A DNA stretch of 64,000 bases from contig OY782781.1 of the NCBI GenBank assembly GCA_963678315.1, forward strand, positions 928,001 through 992,000, written 5' to 3'. Position numbers and translations under genes: made by a program. Source of the DNA: Candidatus Cloacimonadales bacterium (GTDB taxonomy: Bacteria > Cloacimonadota > Cloacimonadia > Cloacimonadales > JAFGVF01). Below, one piece after another: positions 1-11,032 of this stretch. The notes under the pieces are model-generated. The model ran no database searches. It was not told the origin of the DNA and saw only the letters and a program-made list of their open reading frames with translations. Within the stretch, counting starts at the first letter, position 1; the number at the start of each line of letters is the position of its first letter.

Positions 1-1
1 A

Positions 2-157
2 ACAATCTTACCTGAATTTATCGGACTTACATTTGCTGTACATAACGGACACAAATTTGTACCAGTGTATATTTCTGAGAACGTAGTTGGCCATAAGCTT
101 GGCGAATTCGCTCCTACTAGAACATACCGTGGTCACAAAGAAAAGAAAAGTAGATAA
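2..157 (+). CDS. rpsS: 30S ribosomal protein S19, 3' part (truncated by window start)
   Basis: Manual translation [45 protein letters not shown]...*; S19 motif [11 protein letters not shown]; immediately upstream of rplV. Confidence 0.97.
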   Translation, partial: TILPEFIGLTFAVHNGHKFVPVYISENVVGHKLGEFAPTRTYRGHKEKKSR

Positions 158-169
158 TAGGAGTTAAGA

Positions 170-529
170 ATGGATGCTAAAGCTAAATTAAGATTCCATC
201 GTGGATCAGCACGAAAAGCTCGTTTGGTCCTAGATTTAATCAGAGGTAAATCAGTATCAGAAGCACGTAACATTCTTATGTTCTCAGAAAAGCGCGCATC
301 AGAAGCAATTTTAAAATTATTAAATTCTGCTGCTGCGAATGCTACAAACTTAGAGCCTAGAATAGATGCTGAAGGAATGAAAATTACCTACGCAACAGCT
401 GATGATGGCCCAATTATGAAAAGAATGAGACCTAGAGCTCAAGGTAGAGCTTTCATAATTAGAAAGAGAACATGTCATATCACCCTTGAAATTTCAGATT
501 TAGCTGATTCAAGCACTGAACAGGAATAG
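170..529 (+). CDS. rplV: 50S ribosomal protein L22
   Basis: SARKARLVLDLIRGK, RPRAQGRA...KRTCHIT motifs; operon order. Confidence 0.98.
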   Translation: MDAKAKLRFHRGSARKARLVLDLIRGKSVSEARNILMFSEKRASEAILKLLNSAAANATNLEPRIDAEGMKITYATADDGPIMKRMRPRAQGRAFIIRKRTCHITLEISDLADSSTEQE

Positions 530-538
530 GAGGAAAAT

Positions 539-1204
539 TTGGGACAAAAGATTAATCCGATTATATATCGTATAGGTGTTAATAAAGAATCAGACTCAAA
601 GTGGTTTGCAACAGGTCAACAATATATCAAAAATTTCCATGAAGATTTAAAAATCAGAAATTATATTGAAAAGAGACTTAGCCACAAGATGATTTCAAGA
701 GTTGATATTGCAAGAAAGACAAGTTCAATATATATAGATATTCATACTGCAAGACCTGGCCAAGTAATTGGACAAAAGGGTAAAGAAATTGAAATTCTTA
801 GAAACGAAATCAATCGTTTAGTTAACAAGCACAAAAACAGAAACATCAATGTTTTCATTAATATTAAAGAAATCAACAAGATGTGGTTAGATGCTAAGTT
901 AGTTGGAAATGAAATTGCTAAGCAGTTAGAACAAAGGGTATCTTTCAGAAGAGCTATGAAAATGGCTATGAGAAACACATTAAGAGACGGAGCATTAGGA
1001 ATCAAGGTTCAATGTGCTGGTCGTTTAGGTGGAGCAGAAATTGCTAGAACTGAGAGATATAAGAAAGGTAGAACACCTCTTCACACACTTAGAGCAGACA
1101 TTGATTATGCATTAATAGAAGCTCATACAACATACGGTGTTATTGGTATTAAAGTGTGGATTTATAAGGGTGATATTCTTAATAATAGTGTTGCTGAAGG
1201 GTAA
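539..1204 (+). CDS. rpsC: 30S ribosomal protein S3 (TTG start)
   Basis: MGQKINP, GRLGGAEIAR, PLHTLRADIDY; GGAGG RBS upstream. Confidence 0.98.
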   Translation: MGQKINPIIYRIGVNKESDSKWFATGQQYIKNFHEDLKIRNYIEKRLSHKMISRVDIARKTSSIYIDIHTARPGQVIGQKGKEIEILRNEINRLVNKHKNRNINVFINIKEINKMWLDAKLVGNEIAKQLEQRVSFRRAMKMAMRNTLRDGALGIKVQCAGRLGGAEIARTERYKKGRTPLHTLRADIDYALIEAHTTYGVIGIKVWIYKGDILNNSVAEG

Positions 1205-1225
1205 CATTAAGAAGAGGAGAAGATA

Positions 1226-1645
1226 ATGTTAGCACCAAAGAAAGTAAAATATAGAAAAAAGATGCGTGGCAGGAGAACAGGTTTAGCCTATCGTGGTTCA
1301 ACTGTTTCTTTTGGTGATTACGCATTAATGGCTGTGCAAGACGGATGGATAACAAGCCGTCAAATCGAGGCTACTCGTGTGGCTATAACTCGTACAATGA
1401 AACGTCAAGGTAAAGTTTGGATTAGAATTTTCCCTGACAAACCAATTACAAATAAACCTGCTGAAACTCGTATGGGTAAAGGTAAAGGTGCTCCAGAGTA
1501 CTGGGTAGCAGTTGTAAAACCTGGAAGAATAATGTTTGAAATTGATGGCGTAGACTTACCGATTGCTAAAGAAGCATTCAGATTAGCAGGCCACAAGCTT
1601 CCAATCAAGACAAAAATGATTGCACGTGAAGGAGTGGAACTATGA
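1226..1645 (+). CDS. rplP: 50S ribosomal protein L16
   Basis: RIFPDKP...RMGKGKG motif. Confidence 0.98.
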   Translation: MLAPKKVKYRKKMRGRRTGLAYRGSTVSFGDYALMAVQDGWITSRQIEATRVAITRTMKRQGKVWIRIFPDKPITNKPAETRMGKGKGAPEYWVAVVKPGRIMFEIDGVDLPIAKEAFRLAGHKLPIKTKMIAREGVEL

Positions 1646-1836
1646 TAGCAAAAGAATTAAGAGAGTTATCAGTAGAAGAGTTAAATCAAAAGCTTCAAGA
1701 AAACAAAGAAGAGTTGTTTAATCTTCGTTTCCAACAAGTAAGAAATATGCTTGAAAATCCAGGAAGATTCAAACAGTTAAAAAGAGAAAATGCCCGAATC
1801 CATACTATCTTAACAGAAATGGCAAAAGGTAATTAA
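1642..1836 (+). CDS. rpmC: 50S ribosomal protein L29
   Basis: ELRELS...ELFNLRFQ; position after rplP. Confidence 0.96.
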   Translation: MIAKELRELSVEELNQKLQENKEELFNLRFQQVRNMLENPGRFKQLKRENARIHTILTEMAKGN

Positions 1837-1845
1837 GAGGTCAAA

Positions 1846-2100
1846 ATGCAGGAAAATAGAAAACTAACCAAAACTGGTGTGGTTGTAAGTGATAAGATGG
1901 ACAAAACAATCGTCGTTCGTGTAGAAAGACAGTTTACCCATCCTCTATACAAAAAGACTGTAAGAGTTCATAAGAAATTTATGGCTCATGACGAAAAAAA
2001 TGATGCTAAAATCGGTGATAAAGTTGTTATTGAAGAATTCAGACCTTTGAGTAGAAAGAAGAGATGGAATCTTAAGCTTATTACCGAGAGAGCTAAATAA
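1846..2100 (+). CDS. rpsQ: 30S ribosomal protein S17
   Basis: [29 protein letters not shown]. Confidence 0.98.
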   Translation: MQENRKLTKTGVVVSDKMDKTIVVRVERQFTHPLYKKTVRVHKKFMAHDEKNDAKIGDKVVIEEFRPLSRKKRWNLKLITERAK

Positions 2101-2113
2101 GGAGTAGGAACAG

Positions 2114-2482
2114 ATGATTCAAGCACAAACAATATTAAACGTTGCTGACAACTCTGGTGCAAAGAAAGCTATGTGTATCAAGGTTCTTGGCGGTAGTAAA
2201 AGAAAATATGCTACAGTTGGTGATATTATTGTGGTAGCAATTAAATCAGCTACTCCTAATGGTAAAGTTAAGAAGGGAACAGTTGAAAAAGCAGTTATCG
2301 TTAGAACTGCTAAAGAGATCCGTCGTAAAGATGGTTCTTATATTCGTTTCCAAGATAATGCAGCTGTTATTCTTGACGCTAAAATGGAACCTAAAGGAAC
2401 TCGTATTTTTGGACCAGTGGCACGTGAATTACGTGAACATGAATTCATGAAGATTGTTTCTTTAGCACCTGAAGTGTTATAG
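2114..2482 (+). CDS. rplN: 50S ribosomal protein L14
   Basis: [27 protein letters not shown]. Confidence 0.99.
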   Translation: MIQAQTILNVADNSGAKKAMCIKVLGGSKRKYATVGDIIVVAIKSATPNGKVKKGTVEKAVIVRTAKEIRRKDGSYIRFQDNAAVILDAKMEPKGTRIFGPVARELREHEFMKIVSLAPEVL

Positions 2483-2491
2483 GAGATTGAA

Positions 2492-2812
2492 ATGCAAAAT
2501 AAAATGAGAATTAAAAAAGGCGATACAGTTATCGTTGTTAGTGGAGCGGATAAAGGAACTAAAGGAAGAGTTTTAGTTGCTTTCCCAAAAAAACAAAGAG
2601 TAATTATTGAAAAAGTAAATATGATTAAAAAGCATGTTAAACCAAATCAATCAAATCCACAAGGTGGAATTATTGAGATGGAAGCTCCAATACACGTTTC
2701 AAATGTAATGCTTTATAATGAAAAAATAAAAGATGTAACTAGAGCTGTTTATAAGACTACTGCTGATGGTAAAAGAATCAGAGTATGTAAAAAAACAGGT
2801 GATGAGATCTAA
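2492..2812 (+). CDS. rplX: 50S ribosomal protein L24
   Basis: KOW motif [25 protein letters not shown]. Confidence 0.98.
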   Translation: MQNKMRIKKGDTVIVVSGADKGTKGRVLVAFPKKQRVIIEKVNMIKKHVKPNQSNPQGGIIEMEAPIHVSNVMLYNEKIKDVTRAVYKTTADGKRIRVCKKTGDEI

Positions 2813-2822
2813 AGGAGAAGGG

Positions 2823-3377
2823 ATGAACAGAAAGCAAGAATTATATATTAACGAAGTGATTCCCGCACTGAAGAATAAATTCGAATATAAGAATATTCAT
2901 CAGGTACCTAAATTAGATAAAATAGTTGTTAGTATGGGTGTTGGACAAGCAACTCAAAACAAAGCTATTTTAGATAATGCTATAAAAGATATGGAGCTTA
3001 TTACTGGTCGTAAACCATTAGTAACTAAAGCTTCAAAATCAATCTCTAACTTCAAACTTCGTGCAGGAATGCCTATCGGATGTAAAGTTACATTACGTGG
3101 CGAAATCATGTATGAATTTTTAGATAGATTAGTATCAATCGTTATTCCTAGAATCAGAGACTTTAAAGGTGTTCCTACTAAGAATTTCGATGGTAGAGGT
3201 AACTACTCATTAGGTTTAACCGAACAAACAGTTTTCCCTGAAATTGAGTTCGATAAAATCGATATGATTAGAGGTCTAAATATTGCTATGGTAACAACAG
3301 CTAACACTGATGAGGAAGCTAGAGAGTTACTTAGATTAATTGGCGTACCTTTTAAGAAAACTGCGACAAAGGAGTAA
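2823..3377 (+). CDS. rplE: 50S ribosomal protein L5 (start moved to ATG 2823)
   Basis: [23 protein letters not shown] before 2823; the ORF-track start at 2766 overlaps rplX. Confidence 0.97.
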   Translation: MNRKQELYINEVIPALKNKFEYKNIHQVPKLDKIVVSMGVGQATQNKAILDNAIKDMELITGRKPLVTKASKSISNFKLRAGMPIGCKVTLRGEIMYEFLDRLVSIVIPRIRDFKGVPTKNFDGRGNYSLGLTEQTVFPEIEFDKIDMIRGLNIAMVTTANTDEEARELLRLIGVPFKKTATKE

Positions 3378-3380
3378 GTT

Positions 3381-3566
3381 TTGGCAAAGAAAGCGTTAGT
3401 TGTAAAACAACAAAAGAAAGCTAGGTTCTCTGTTCGTGAATATAATCGTTGTATGATTTGTGGCAGACCTAGAGCTTATATGAGAGATTTCGGCATATGC
3501 CGTCTCTGTTTCAGAAAATTAGCTGACCATGGTAAAATCCCTGGAATCACAAGAGCTAGTTGGTAA
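3381..3566 (+). CDS. rpsN: 30S ribosomal protein S14, short zinc-binding type
   Basis: 61 aa with CMICGR and CRLCFR zinc-ribbon motifs; ends ASW. Confidence 0.97.
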   Translation: MAKKALVVKQQKKARFSVREYNRCMICGRPRAYMRDFGICRLCFRKLADHGKIPGITRASW

Positions 3567-3581
3567 ATTACCGGAGGAAAA

Positions 3582-3992
3582 ATGATTACAGATCCGATAG
3601 CTGATGCAATAACAAAAGTAAGAAATGCATATCGTGCCGGACACACAAGAGTTGTGTTGAACCACAATAAAATTATTGAAGCGATTGTTACTCTTTTAGC
3701 TAAAGAGAACTTCATCAATAGTTTTCATGTATTAGAAAAAGATCCTGAAAGAGGTTTAAACTTCAAACAAATTAGTTTAAATCTTAGATATACAAATAAC
3801 GGAAAACCTGTTTTAACAGGAATCCAAAGAGTTTCAAGACCAGGTAGAAGAGTTTATGTAAAAGCTTCTGCAGTACCTAGAGTATTCAACAACACAGGTT
3901 GTGCAATCATTTCTACAAGCCATGGCGTAATGGTAGATAGAGATGCTCGTAACACTAATGTTGGTGGCGAATACGTATGCAAAGTGTGGTAG
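3582..3992 (+). CDS. rpsH: 30S ribosomal protein S8
   Basis: TDPIADAIT, SRPGRRVY, VGGE. Confidence 0.98.
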   Translation: MITDPIADAITKVRNAYRAGHTRVVLNHNKIIEAIVTLLAKENFINSFHVLEKDPERGLNFKQISLNLRYTNNGKPVLTGIQRVSRPGRRVYVKASAVPRVFNNTGCAIISTSHGVMVDRDARNTNVGGEYVCKVW

Positions 3993-4001
3993 GAGGAAAG
4001 A

Positions 4002-4571
4002 ATGTCTAGAATAGGTAAAAAACCAATTGTTCTTCCTGAAGGTGTAAAAGTTACTATTAACGGAAGCCACATTGAAGTAGAAGGTAAACTTGGAAAGCTC
4101 AGTCATGATTTAGTTGGTGGAATCACTATTTCTGAAGAAGAAGGTAAACTTGTTTTATTAAGACAAGATGATACTAGAGATCAGAAAGCATTTCACGGAC
4201 TTGGTAGAGCCTTAGTTAACAACTTAGTAGAAGGTGTATCTGAAGGTTATCAAAAACAATTACATGTAATTGGTACTGGTTATTCAGCTGAAGTAGTTGG
4301 CCCATGGTTAAAACTTAGTGTTGGATACTCACACGATATTCTTTTAGAAATCCCAGAAGGACTTGAAGTAAAAGCTGAATCTATCCCACGTGGTAAAGGT
4401 ATGCATGCAGAGCACCAAGCAAATGTATTCGTATCTGGTATCCATAAAGAAGATGTTGGCAAATTTGCTGCAGAAGTTAGAGCTTGCCGTAAACCTGAAA
4501 ACTATAAAGGTAAAGGTATACGCTACAGCACAGAACATGTTACTATCAAAGCTGGTAAAGCTGGAGCTTAA
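4002..4571 (+). CDS. rplF: 50S ribosomal protein L6
   Basis: MSRIGKKPI, PENYKGKGIRY. Confidence 0.98.
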   Translation: MSRIGKKPIVLPEGVKVTINGSHIEVEGKLGKLSHDLVGGITISEEEGKLVLLRQDDTRDQKAFHGLGRALVNNLVEGVSEGYQKQLHVIGTGYSAEVVGPWLKLSVGYSHDILLEIPEGLEVKAESIPRGKGMHAEHQANVFVSGIHKEDVGKFAAEVRACRKPENYKGKGIRYSTEHVTIKAGKAGA

Positions 4572-4583
4572 GCGAGGTAAATT

Positions 4584-4955
4584 ATGGTTAAACCAAGTAA
4601 TATAATTAGAAATCAAAAAAGAGCTAGACGTAGAAAAGCAATACGTAAGAACTTACATGGAACAGCTGCTAGACCTAGATTAGTTGTTTTCAGAAGTTTA
4701 AAGAATATATATGGTCAGATTATTGATGATAATGCTGGTAAAACATTAGTTTCATTATCAACAAAATCTAAAGATGCTCAAATAGAAGATGGAACAAAGA
4801 AAGTTGATGCTAGCTTCAAGATTGGACAACAATTGGCAGAGAGAGCTTTAAAAGCTGGTATTAAAAAAGTTTGCTTCGACAGAGCCGGTTACAAATATCA
4901 TGGCAGAGTAAAAGCACTAGCTGATGGTGCTAGAAAAGCTGGATTGGAACTATAA
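4584..4955 (+). CDS. rplR: 50S ribosomal protein L18
   Basis: RPRLVVFRS, FDRAGYKYHGRVKALA. Confidence 0.98.
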   Translation: MVKPSNIIRNQKRARRRKAIRKNLHGTAARPRLVVFRSLKNIYGQIIDDNAGKTLVSLSTKSKDAQIEDGTKKVDASFKIGQQLAERALKAGIKKVCFDRAGYKYHGRVKALADGARKAGLEL

Positions 4956-4964
4956 CGGGAGGAT

Positions 4965-5495
4965 ATGTTGAAACAGATTAATAATCAAGAAAACGAAAGC
5001 CAATTAGTTGAAAAAATCGTTGCAACAAATCGTGTAGCAAAAGTTACTAAGGGTGGTAAAAACTTTAGTTTCAGTGCTATTGTAGTTGTTGGTGACAAGC
5101 AAGGTAACGTTGGTGTTGGCAAAGGTAAAGCTATCGAGATTGTTGATGCAATCAGAAAAGCTAAAGAAAGAGCTAATAAATCAATGTTTAAAGTGCCAAT
5201 TATCAACGGTACAATTCCTCATGAAATGTTAGGAAGATACGGAGCTAGTAAAGTTCTTATGCGTCCTGCATCTCCTGGTACTGGTGTTATCGCTGGTGGT
5301 ACTACACGTGCTATTTTTGAAGCAGCTGGAATAGAAAACATTTTGTGTAAATCATTAGGTTCTAACACACCTACTAACGTTGTGAAAGCAACTGTTACTG
5401 GTCTTAAACAACTTAGAACAATCAATGACATTGCAAGACTTAGAAATAAGACTTTTGCTGAATTGACTGGTCAGGAGGTTAAAGATGAAAATTAA
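4965..5495 (+). CDS. rpsE: 30S ribosomal protein S5
   Basis: [21 protein letters not shown]. Confidence 0.98.
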   Translation: MLKQINNQENESQLVEKIVATNRVAKVTKGGKNFSFSAIVVVGDKQGNVGVGKGKAIEIVDAIRKAKERANKSMFKVPIINGTIPHEMLGRYGASKVLMRPASPGTGVIAGGTTRAIFEAAGIENILCKSLGSNTPTNVVKATVTGLKQLRTINDIARLRNKTFAELTGQEVKDEN

Positions 5496-5670
5496 GGTTA
5501 GTCAAGTTAGATCTGCTAATGGTAGAAAAGAACATCACAAGAGAATCTTAGCTTCACTTGGATTAGGTAGAATCGGCAAATCAAGAATTCATGATGACAA
5601 TCCTGTTATCAGAGGAATGATTAAAAAAGTTGACTACTTATTAAAAGTTGAATCTGTTGAAGAGAACTAA
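5485..5670 (+). CDS. rpmD: 50S ribosomal protein L30
   Basis: LASLGLGR...IRGMIKKV; between rpsE and rplO. Confidence 0.95.
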   Translation: MKIKVSQVRSANGRKEHHKRILASLGLGRIGKSRIHDDNPVIRGMIKKVDYLLKVESVEEN

Positions 5671-5680
5671 GGAGTAAGAG

Positions 5681-6151
5681 ATGTTAACTTTACATAATCT
5701 TAGCAAACCAAGCATTAAGAAAAACAAGAAAAGACTTGGTAAAGGTCAGGCTACTGGTACTGGTCAAACTGCTGGTAAAGGTCACAAAGGTCAAAAAGCA
5801 AGATCTGGTGGAAAAGTGCCAATCTGGTTTGAAGGTGGTCAAATGCCTATTCAAAGAAGACTTCCAAAAAGAGGCTTCAAGAATATCTTTAGAATACCTT
5901 TCAGAGTTGTTAATTTAAGAGATTTAGCAAAATTAGATGTAACTGATTTTGATATTAAAAATATGGAAGAATTAGGTTTATTACCGACTCGTGGTGCAAA
6001 ATCTAAATATCCAGTTAAAGTTCTAGCAGAACTTGGTGATGTTGAATTTTCAAAAGCAATTAATATAAAAGCCAACGCTTTTTCCAAAAAAGCAATCGAA
6101 CTGATTGAAAATAACGGTGGTAAAGCGGAGGTAATGAAAGTTGTTCGATAA
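5681..6151 (+). CDS. rplO: 50S ribosomal protein L15
   Basis: GKGHKGQKARSG, FEGGQMP, RLPKRGF. Confidence 0.98.
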   Translation: MLTLHNLSKPSIKKNKKRLGKGQATGTGQTAGKGHKGQKARSGGKVPIWFEGGQMPIQRRLPKRGFKNIFRIPFRVVNLRDLAKLDVTDFDIKNMEELGLLPTRGAKSKYPVKVLAELGDVEFSKAINIKANAFSKKAIELIENNGGKAEVMKVVR

Positions 6152-7445
6152 AATAGCAAATATATTTAGAGTTCCTGATTTAAAGAAGAAAGTATTATTT
6201 ACTGCCTTTATTCTTGTTTTATACAGATTAGGTAGTTTTATCCCAGTTCCTGGTGTTAATACTTCTGCTTTAGCTGACATGTTCAGTAGAAATTCTGATG
6301 GACTCTTAGGTTTGGTTGATTTGTTCGCTGGTGGTAATATGTCAAAGGCATCAGTATTTGCTTTAGGTATAATGCCGTATATTACAGCTTCAATTGTGGT
6401 CCAACTTCTTGGTAGTGTAGTTCCTTATTTCGAAAAATTAAGAAAAGAAGGTGCTGACGGCCAGAAGAAGATTACTCAAATCACCAGATATGGTACAGTC
6501 TTAGTTGCTGCCGTGAATTCAATAGGTATTTGTGCTATGCTTGTAGCACAAAATAATATAGTAACAATTAACCATTCATTCTTCTTTGTTTCTACAATTA
6601 TTACTTTAATTACAGGTGTTATGATCATCATGTGGTTAGGTGAACAGATTACAGAGAGAGGAATTGGTAACGGAATTTCATTAATCATCTTCGCAGGTAT
6701 TATTGCAAGATTACCTAATGAATTCTTTAATTTATTTAGCCAGACATTTGCTTCTGGTACAATAACAGATATCATTAAATTAGTATTTGTTTTAGCTGCT
6801 ATCATTGGTGTTACTGCTTCAGTTATCTTAGTAACAGAAGCTATCCGTAAGGTTCCTGTTCAATACGCAAAACGTGTTATTGGCAGAAAAGTATATGGTG
6901 GTCAATCAACATATATTCCTTTACGTGTTAACACTGCTGGTGTTATTCCAATTATCTTTGCACAATCTGTGTTAATGTTCCCATTAACAATTATCAGAAT
7001 GTTCAATGCTGATTCACAAATCGTGAATAATTGGTTTGCTCCTGGTACTGCAGTACACACAATATTATCAATGATTTTAATCATATTCTTTGCATATTTC
7101 TATACAGCTATGGTTATGAACCCTGTTGATATGGCAGACAATATGAAAAAATATGGCGGATTCATTCCTGGTGTTAAACAAGGAAAGAAAACTGCTGAAT
7201 ACATTAATCGAATTTTAGTAAGAATCACTCTTCCAGGTGCTATCTTCTACGCATTTATTGCAGTGCTTCCAAATATCCTATTCAGAACAATGAATGTTTC
7301 ATTATCTGTTTTAGGTGGAACTAGTATTATCATCGTTGTTGGTGTTGCTTTAGACACATTGCAACAAATTGAATCTCATCTAGTGGCAAGACATTATGAT
7401 GGCTTCATGAAACGTGGTAAGTTAAGAGGACGTAGCGGAAGATGA
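6141..7445 (+). CDS. secY: Preprotein translocase subunit SecY
   Basis: ALGIMPYITASI, GIGNGISLIIF, GVIPIIFA, GGTSIIIVVGV; multiple hydrophobic segments. Confidence 0.99.
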   Translation: MFDKIANIFRVPDLKKKVLFTAFILVLYRLGSFIPVPGVNTSALADMFSRNSDGLLGLVDLFAGGNMSKASVFALGIMPYITASIVVQLLGSVVPYFEKLRKEGADGQKKITQITRYGTVLVAAVNSIGICAMLVAQNNIVTINHSFFFVSTIITLITGVMIIMWLGEQITERGIGNGISLIIFAGIIARLPNEFFNLFSQTFASGTITDIIKLVFVLAAIIGVTASVILVTEAIRKVPVQYAKRVIGRKVYGGQSTYIPLRVNTAGVIPIIFAQSVLMFPLTIIRMFNADSQIVNNWFAPGTAVHTILSMILIIFFAYFYTAMVMNPVDMADNMKKYGGFIPGVKQGKKTAEYINRILVRITLPGAIFYAFIAVLPNILFRTMNVSLSVLGGTSIIIVVGVALDTLQQIESHLVARHYDGFMKRGKLRGRSGR

Positions 7446-8215
7446 TAAAGATTAAAAAGCAGCATGAGATTGAAAAAATGCGTTCAGCAGGTAAAATAAT
7501 AGGTCTTCTCTGGGAAGAAATGGGGAAGATTGTTAAGCCAGGTGTAAGTACTTGGGAATTAGATAAATTTGCTGATGATTTTATTCGCTCTCATGGTGCT
7601 TATCCTGCATTTAAGGGTTATTCAGTTCCTGGATTACCTCCATTCCCTGGAGCTATATGTGCTTCAGTTAATTCAACTATCGTTCATGGTATTCCTTCTA
7701 AGAATGTTATTCTTAAAGAAGGTGATATTATTGGAGTAGATGTTGGAACACGTAAGAATGGATACCATGGAGATTCAGCTTATACTTTTACAGTTGGAGA
7801 AATATCCAAAGAGACTCAGAAGTTACTTGATGTAACTAAAGAAGCTCTTGAAATTGGAATTTCAATGGCTGTTGAAGGTAACAGATTTGGAGATATCTCT
7901 CATGCTATTGGTACTTTTGTTAAAAAGTCTGGCTATTATTGTGCAGACGATTTAACAGGCCATGGTATTGGAAGGGATCTACATGAGGATCCTATGATTC
8001 CAAATATTGGAAAGGCTGGAACTGGAAAACTAATTAAAGAAGGAATGACCATAGCAATTGAGCCAATGGTCAACATTGGAACTAATAGAGTATCAGAAAG
8101 AGGCTGGGAATTCTTCGTTAAAGATGGTTCTTTATCAGCCCATTTCGAGCATACAATATTGGTGACTAAAAATAAACCAGAAATTTTAACCAAGGTAGGA
8201 AATAAGAATGGCTAA
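7442..8215 (+). CDS. map: Type I methionine aminopeptidase
   Basis: VHGIP, DVG, HGDSA, GHGIG, EPM, HFEHT metal-ligand motifs. Confidence 0.97.
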   Translation: MIKIKKQHEIEKMRSAGKIIGLLWEEMGKIVKPGVSTWELDKFADDFIRSHGAYPAFKGYSVPGLPPFPGAICASVNSTIVHGIPSKNVILKEGDIIGVDVGTRKNGYHGDSAYTFTVGEISKETQKLLDVTKEALEIGISMAVEGNRFGDISHAIGTFVKKSGYYCADDLTGHGIGRDLHEDPMIPNIGKAGTGKLIKEGMTIAIEPMVNIGTNRVSERGWEFFVKDGSLSAHFEHTILVTKNKPEILTKVGNKNG

Positions 8216-8426
8216 ATCAGGTGTTATTGAGGTAGAAGGAGTAGTTAAAGAATCCTTGCCAAATACGCAGTTTAAGGTAGAATTAGAGAATGGACATGTT
8301 ATTCATGCACATAGTTCTGGTAAGATGAGAATGCATTTCATCAGAATTTTACCAGGCGATAAAGTCAAAGTAGAACTGTCACCGTACGATTTAACAAAAG
8401 GAAGAATTACCTACCGCTATAAATAG
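8208..8426 (+). CDS. infA: Translation initiation factor IF-1
   Basis: [31 protein letters not shown]. Confidence 0.99.
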   Translation: MAKSGVIEVEGVVKESLPNTQFKVELENGHVIHAHSSGKMRMHFIRILPGDKVKVELSPYDLTKGRITYRYK

Positions 8427-8450
8427 CGTTACAGATGTTAGGAGATAAAA

Positions 8451-8564
8451 ATGAAAGTAAGAGCTTCTGTTAAGAAAATCTGTAAAGATTGTAGAATCAT
8501 TAAAAGAAATGGTGTTGTACGTGTGATTTGTAAAAATCCAAAACACAAACAACGTCAAGGATAG
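8451..8564 (+). CDS. rpmJ: 50S ribosomal protein L36, zinc-binding type (below ORF-track cutoff)
   Basis: Manual translation [45 protein letters not shown]. Confidence 0.98.
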   Translation: MKVRASVKKICKDCRIIKRNGVVRVICKNPKHKQRQG

Positions 8565-8599
8565 TAATTTTATATATATAAAACCTAAGGGAGGAAAGC

Positions 8600-8971
8600 T
8601 TGGCACATATAGCAGGTGTTGAGATTCCTAATAACAAAAGAGTTGTTATAGGATTAACTTATATTTATGGTATTGGAAGATCTATGTCTTCAGAAATCCT
8701 CAAGAAGGCAAACGTTGATGAAAGCATCAAGGTAAAAGATCTTTCTGTTGAACAAGAAAGACTTATTCGTGACATTATTCAGAATGAATACACTGTTGAA
8801 GGTACATTAAGAACTAAGATAGCATTAGATATCAAACGTCTTATGGAAATTAATTGTTATCGTGGACTCCGTCATAAGAGAGGACTTCCAGTACATGGAC
8901 AAAATACTCAAAACAACGCTAGAACTAGAAAAGGTCCAAAACCTGGTTCTATCAAGAAGAAGAAGAAATAG
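8600..8971 (+). CDS. rpsM: 30S ribosomal protein S13 (TTG start)
   Basis: [23 protein letters not shown]. Confidence 0.98.
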   Translation: MAHIAGVEIPNNKRVVIGLTYIYGIGRSMSSEILKKANVDESIKVKDLSVEQERLIRDIIQNEYTVEGTLRTKIALDIKRLMEINCYRGLRHKRGLPVHGQNTQNNARTRKGPKPGSIKKKKK

Positions 8972-8977
8972 GAGTAG

Positions 8978-9373
8978 ATGATGGCAAAAAAGAACGTAAG
9001 AACTAAGAAGAAAAGAGTTCGTTTAGCTTTCGACGAAGGTGTAATGCACGTTCATTCAAGTTTTAATAATACTATTATTACTTTAGCTGATAAAGCTGGC
9101 AATGTACTTGCATGGTCTTCAGGTGGTAAAATTGGTAATAAAGGTTCAAGAAAATCAACTCCATACGCTGCTCAGATGGCAGCTAGTGAAGTTTCTAAAA
9201 CTGCATTAGATATGGGTATTACCAAAATTAGCGTTATAGTTCGTGGACCAGGTGGTGGAAGAGAAGCTTCTATTCGTTCAATGAATGCTGCTGGTTTAAG
9301 AGTATTATCTATTACTGATGCTACTCCAATTCCTCACAATGGTTGCCGTCCACCAAAAACAAGAAGAATTTAA
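8978..9373 (+). CDS. rpsK: 30S ribosomal protein S11
   Basis: FNNTIIT, KSTPYAAQ, TPIPHNGCRPPK. Confidence 0.98.
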   Translation: MMAKKNVRTKKKRVRLAFDEGVMHVHSSFNNTIITLADKAGNVLAWSSGGKIGNKGSRKSTPYAAQMAASEVSKTALDMGITKISVIVRGPGGGREASIRSMNAAGLRVLSITDATPIPHNGCRPPKTRRI

Positions 9374-9382
9374 GGGGGAATA

Positions 9383-9997
9383 ATGGCACGATATACAGGA
9401 CCTAAAGCAAAATTAGTACGTAAATTTGGTGAAAACATCTTTGGAACACCAAAATACGATAGAATATTAGAAAAAAGAAACTATCCTGCAGGTGATCATG
9501 GCAAAAGATTCCGCAAGAAGATGAGTGACTACGGTACTCACTTGATGGAAAAACAAAAGCTAAGACACACTTATTGCTTATTAGAAAAACAGTTCTACAA
9601 CTATTTCTTAAAAGCATCTAAGAAGGATGGTGTTACTGGTGATAACTTCTTACAACTTCTTGAAAGAAGATTAGATAACGTTGTTTATAGATTAGGTTTT
9701 GCTGTAACTAGAATGCAAGCACGCCAATTTGTAAATCACGGTCATATCTTTGTAAATGGAAGAAGAGTAAATATTGCTTCATTCCTTTGCAAACCAGGTG
9801 ATATTATTGAGATTAATGATAAAAGTAAAAGAGGTGCTATCACTGATGCTCTAGAAGTTACAAGTGCTACATCAAACTACTCATGGTTATCAGTTGATAA
9901 ACAAAACTTCAAAGGTGAATTTTTAGCTATACCTAATGCTGAAGAGATACCTACTAACGTAGATGTCCGTTTAATTGTTGAGTTCTATTCTAAATAA
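9383..9997 (+). CDS. rpsD: 30S ribosomal protein S4
   Basis: MARYTGP, LERRLDNVVYRLG, ARQFVNHGH, IVEFYSK. Confidence 0.98.
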   Translation: MARYTGPKAKLVRKFGENIFGTPKYDRILEKRNYPAGDHGKRFRKKMSDYGTHLMEKQKLRHTYCLLEKQFYNYFLKASKKDGVTGDNFLQLLERRLDNVVYRLGFAVTRMQARQFVNHGHIFVNGRRVNIASFLCKPGDIIEINDKSKRGAITDALEVTSATSNYSWLSVDKQNFKGEFLAIPNAEEIPTNVDVRLIVEFYSK

Positions 9998-10012
9998 ACT
10001 TTGGAGAAACAA

Positions 10013-11020
10013 ATGATGTTCTTAGAACCGTTGCAGATGCCTGATAAGGTAGATACTATTGAATTAAGTGATACTTTTGGAAAGTTTGAAATTGGTCCAT
10101 TAGAGCCAGGATTCGGAACTACTATTGGTAATACAATTAGAAGAGTATTACTATCATCTATTCAAGGTGCTGCAATCAAATATGTGAGAATTGAAGGCCT
10201 TCATCATGAGTTTAGTGCTATTCCTGGTGCTGATTCTGATTATGTTGACTTGATTCTTAAATTGAAAGAGTTGGTTCTTAAAATTGACGATATTAACGAA
10301 GTTGAGTTAGTTTTAGAACACAAAGGAAAAGGTGTAGTAACTGCAGCTGAAATCCAAACTCCAGGAAATGTTGAAATTCTTAATCCTGAATTAGAACTTC
10401 TTAACATGACTGAAGAATCTGAAATAAGAATTGAACTTTGGGCTGCTAATGGAAGAGGTTTTACCCCTTCTGATAAACAGGACATGGAAGATAAATCTAT
10501 TGGAGTTATTCCGATTGATTCTATCTATTCACCAATTAGAAAAGTAAATTTCTTTGTCTCTAACCAACGTGTTAAAGAAAAGATGAACTATGATAAACTT
10601 ACTGTTGAAGTTGAATCTGATGGTTCTATCAACCCTAAGAATGCACTTTTCTTATCAGCTAAGATACTTAAAGATTTATACTCAGGCATCTCTCAATTCG
10701 AGGTTGAACCTGAATATATTGAAGAAGTTCAAATGGACCCAGAATTAGAACGCTACGAAAAGCTATTTAACATGAATGTTAAAGAACTTGAATTAACTGT
10801 TCGTTCTGCTAACTGTCTTACTGCTGCTAAAATTGAAAAAATAGGTGAATTAGTTGGAAAGAGTGAAAGCGAAATGCTTAAATACCGTAACTTCGGTAAA
10901 AAATCACTTGATGAAATTAATGGATTACTCGAAAACTATGGCTTGTCTCTCGGTATGGACGTTGATTCATATATGAAACAAATCGAAGAGGCAAAAAATA
11001 GAGTAAAAATTAAAGAATAA
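10013..11020 (+). CDS. rpoA: RNA polymerase alpha subunit (likely start ATG 10013)
   Basis: PLEPGFGTTIGNTIRRVLLSSI, LTVRSANCL, RNFGKKSL; GGAG at 10003-10006. Confidence 0.98.
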   Translation: MMFLEPLQMPDKVDTIELSDTFGKFEIGPLEPGFGTTIGNTIRRVLLSSIQGAAIKYVRIEGLHHEFSAIPGADSDYVDLILKLKELVLKIDDINEVELVLEHKGKGVVTAAEIQTPGNVEILNPELELLNMTEESEIRIELWAANGRGFTPSDKQDMEDKSIGVIPIDSIYSPIRKVNFFVSNQRVKEKMNYDKLTVEVESDGSINPKNALFLSAKILKDLYSGISQFEVEPEYIEEVQMDPELERYEKLFNMNVKELELTVRSANCLTAAKIEKIGELVGKSESEMLKYRNFGKKSLDEINGLLENYGLSLGMDVDSYMKQIEEAKNRVKIKE

Positions 11021-11032
11021 GGAATTATAACC

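Noticed and set aside
742..10485. Numerous short antisense or alternate-frame ORFs in the ribosomal cluster
   Set aside because: Shadows of highly conserved genes
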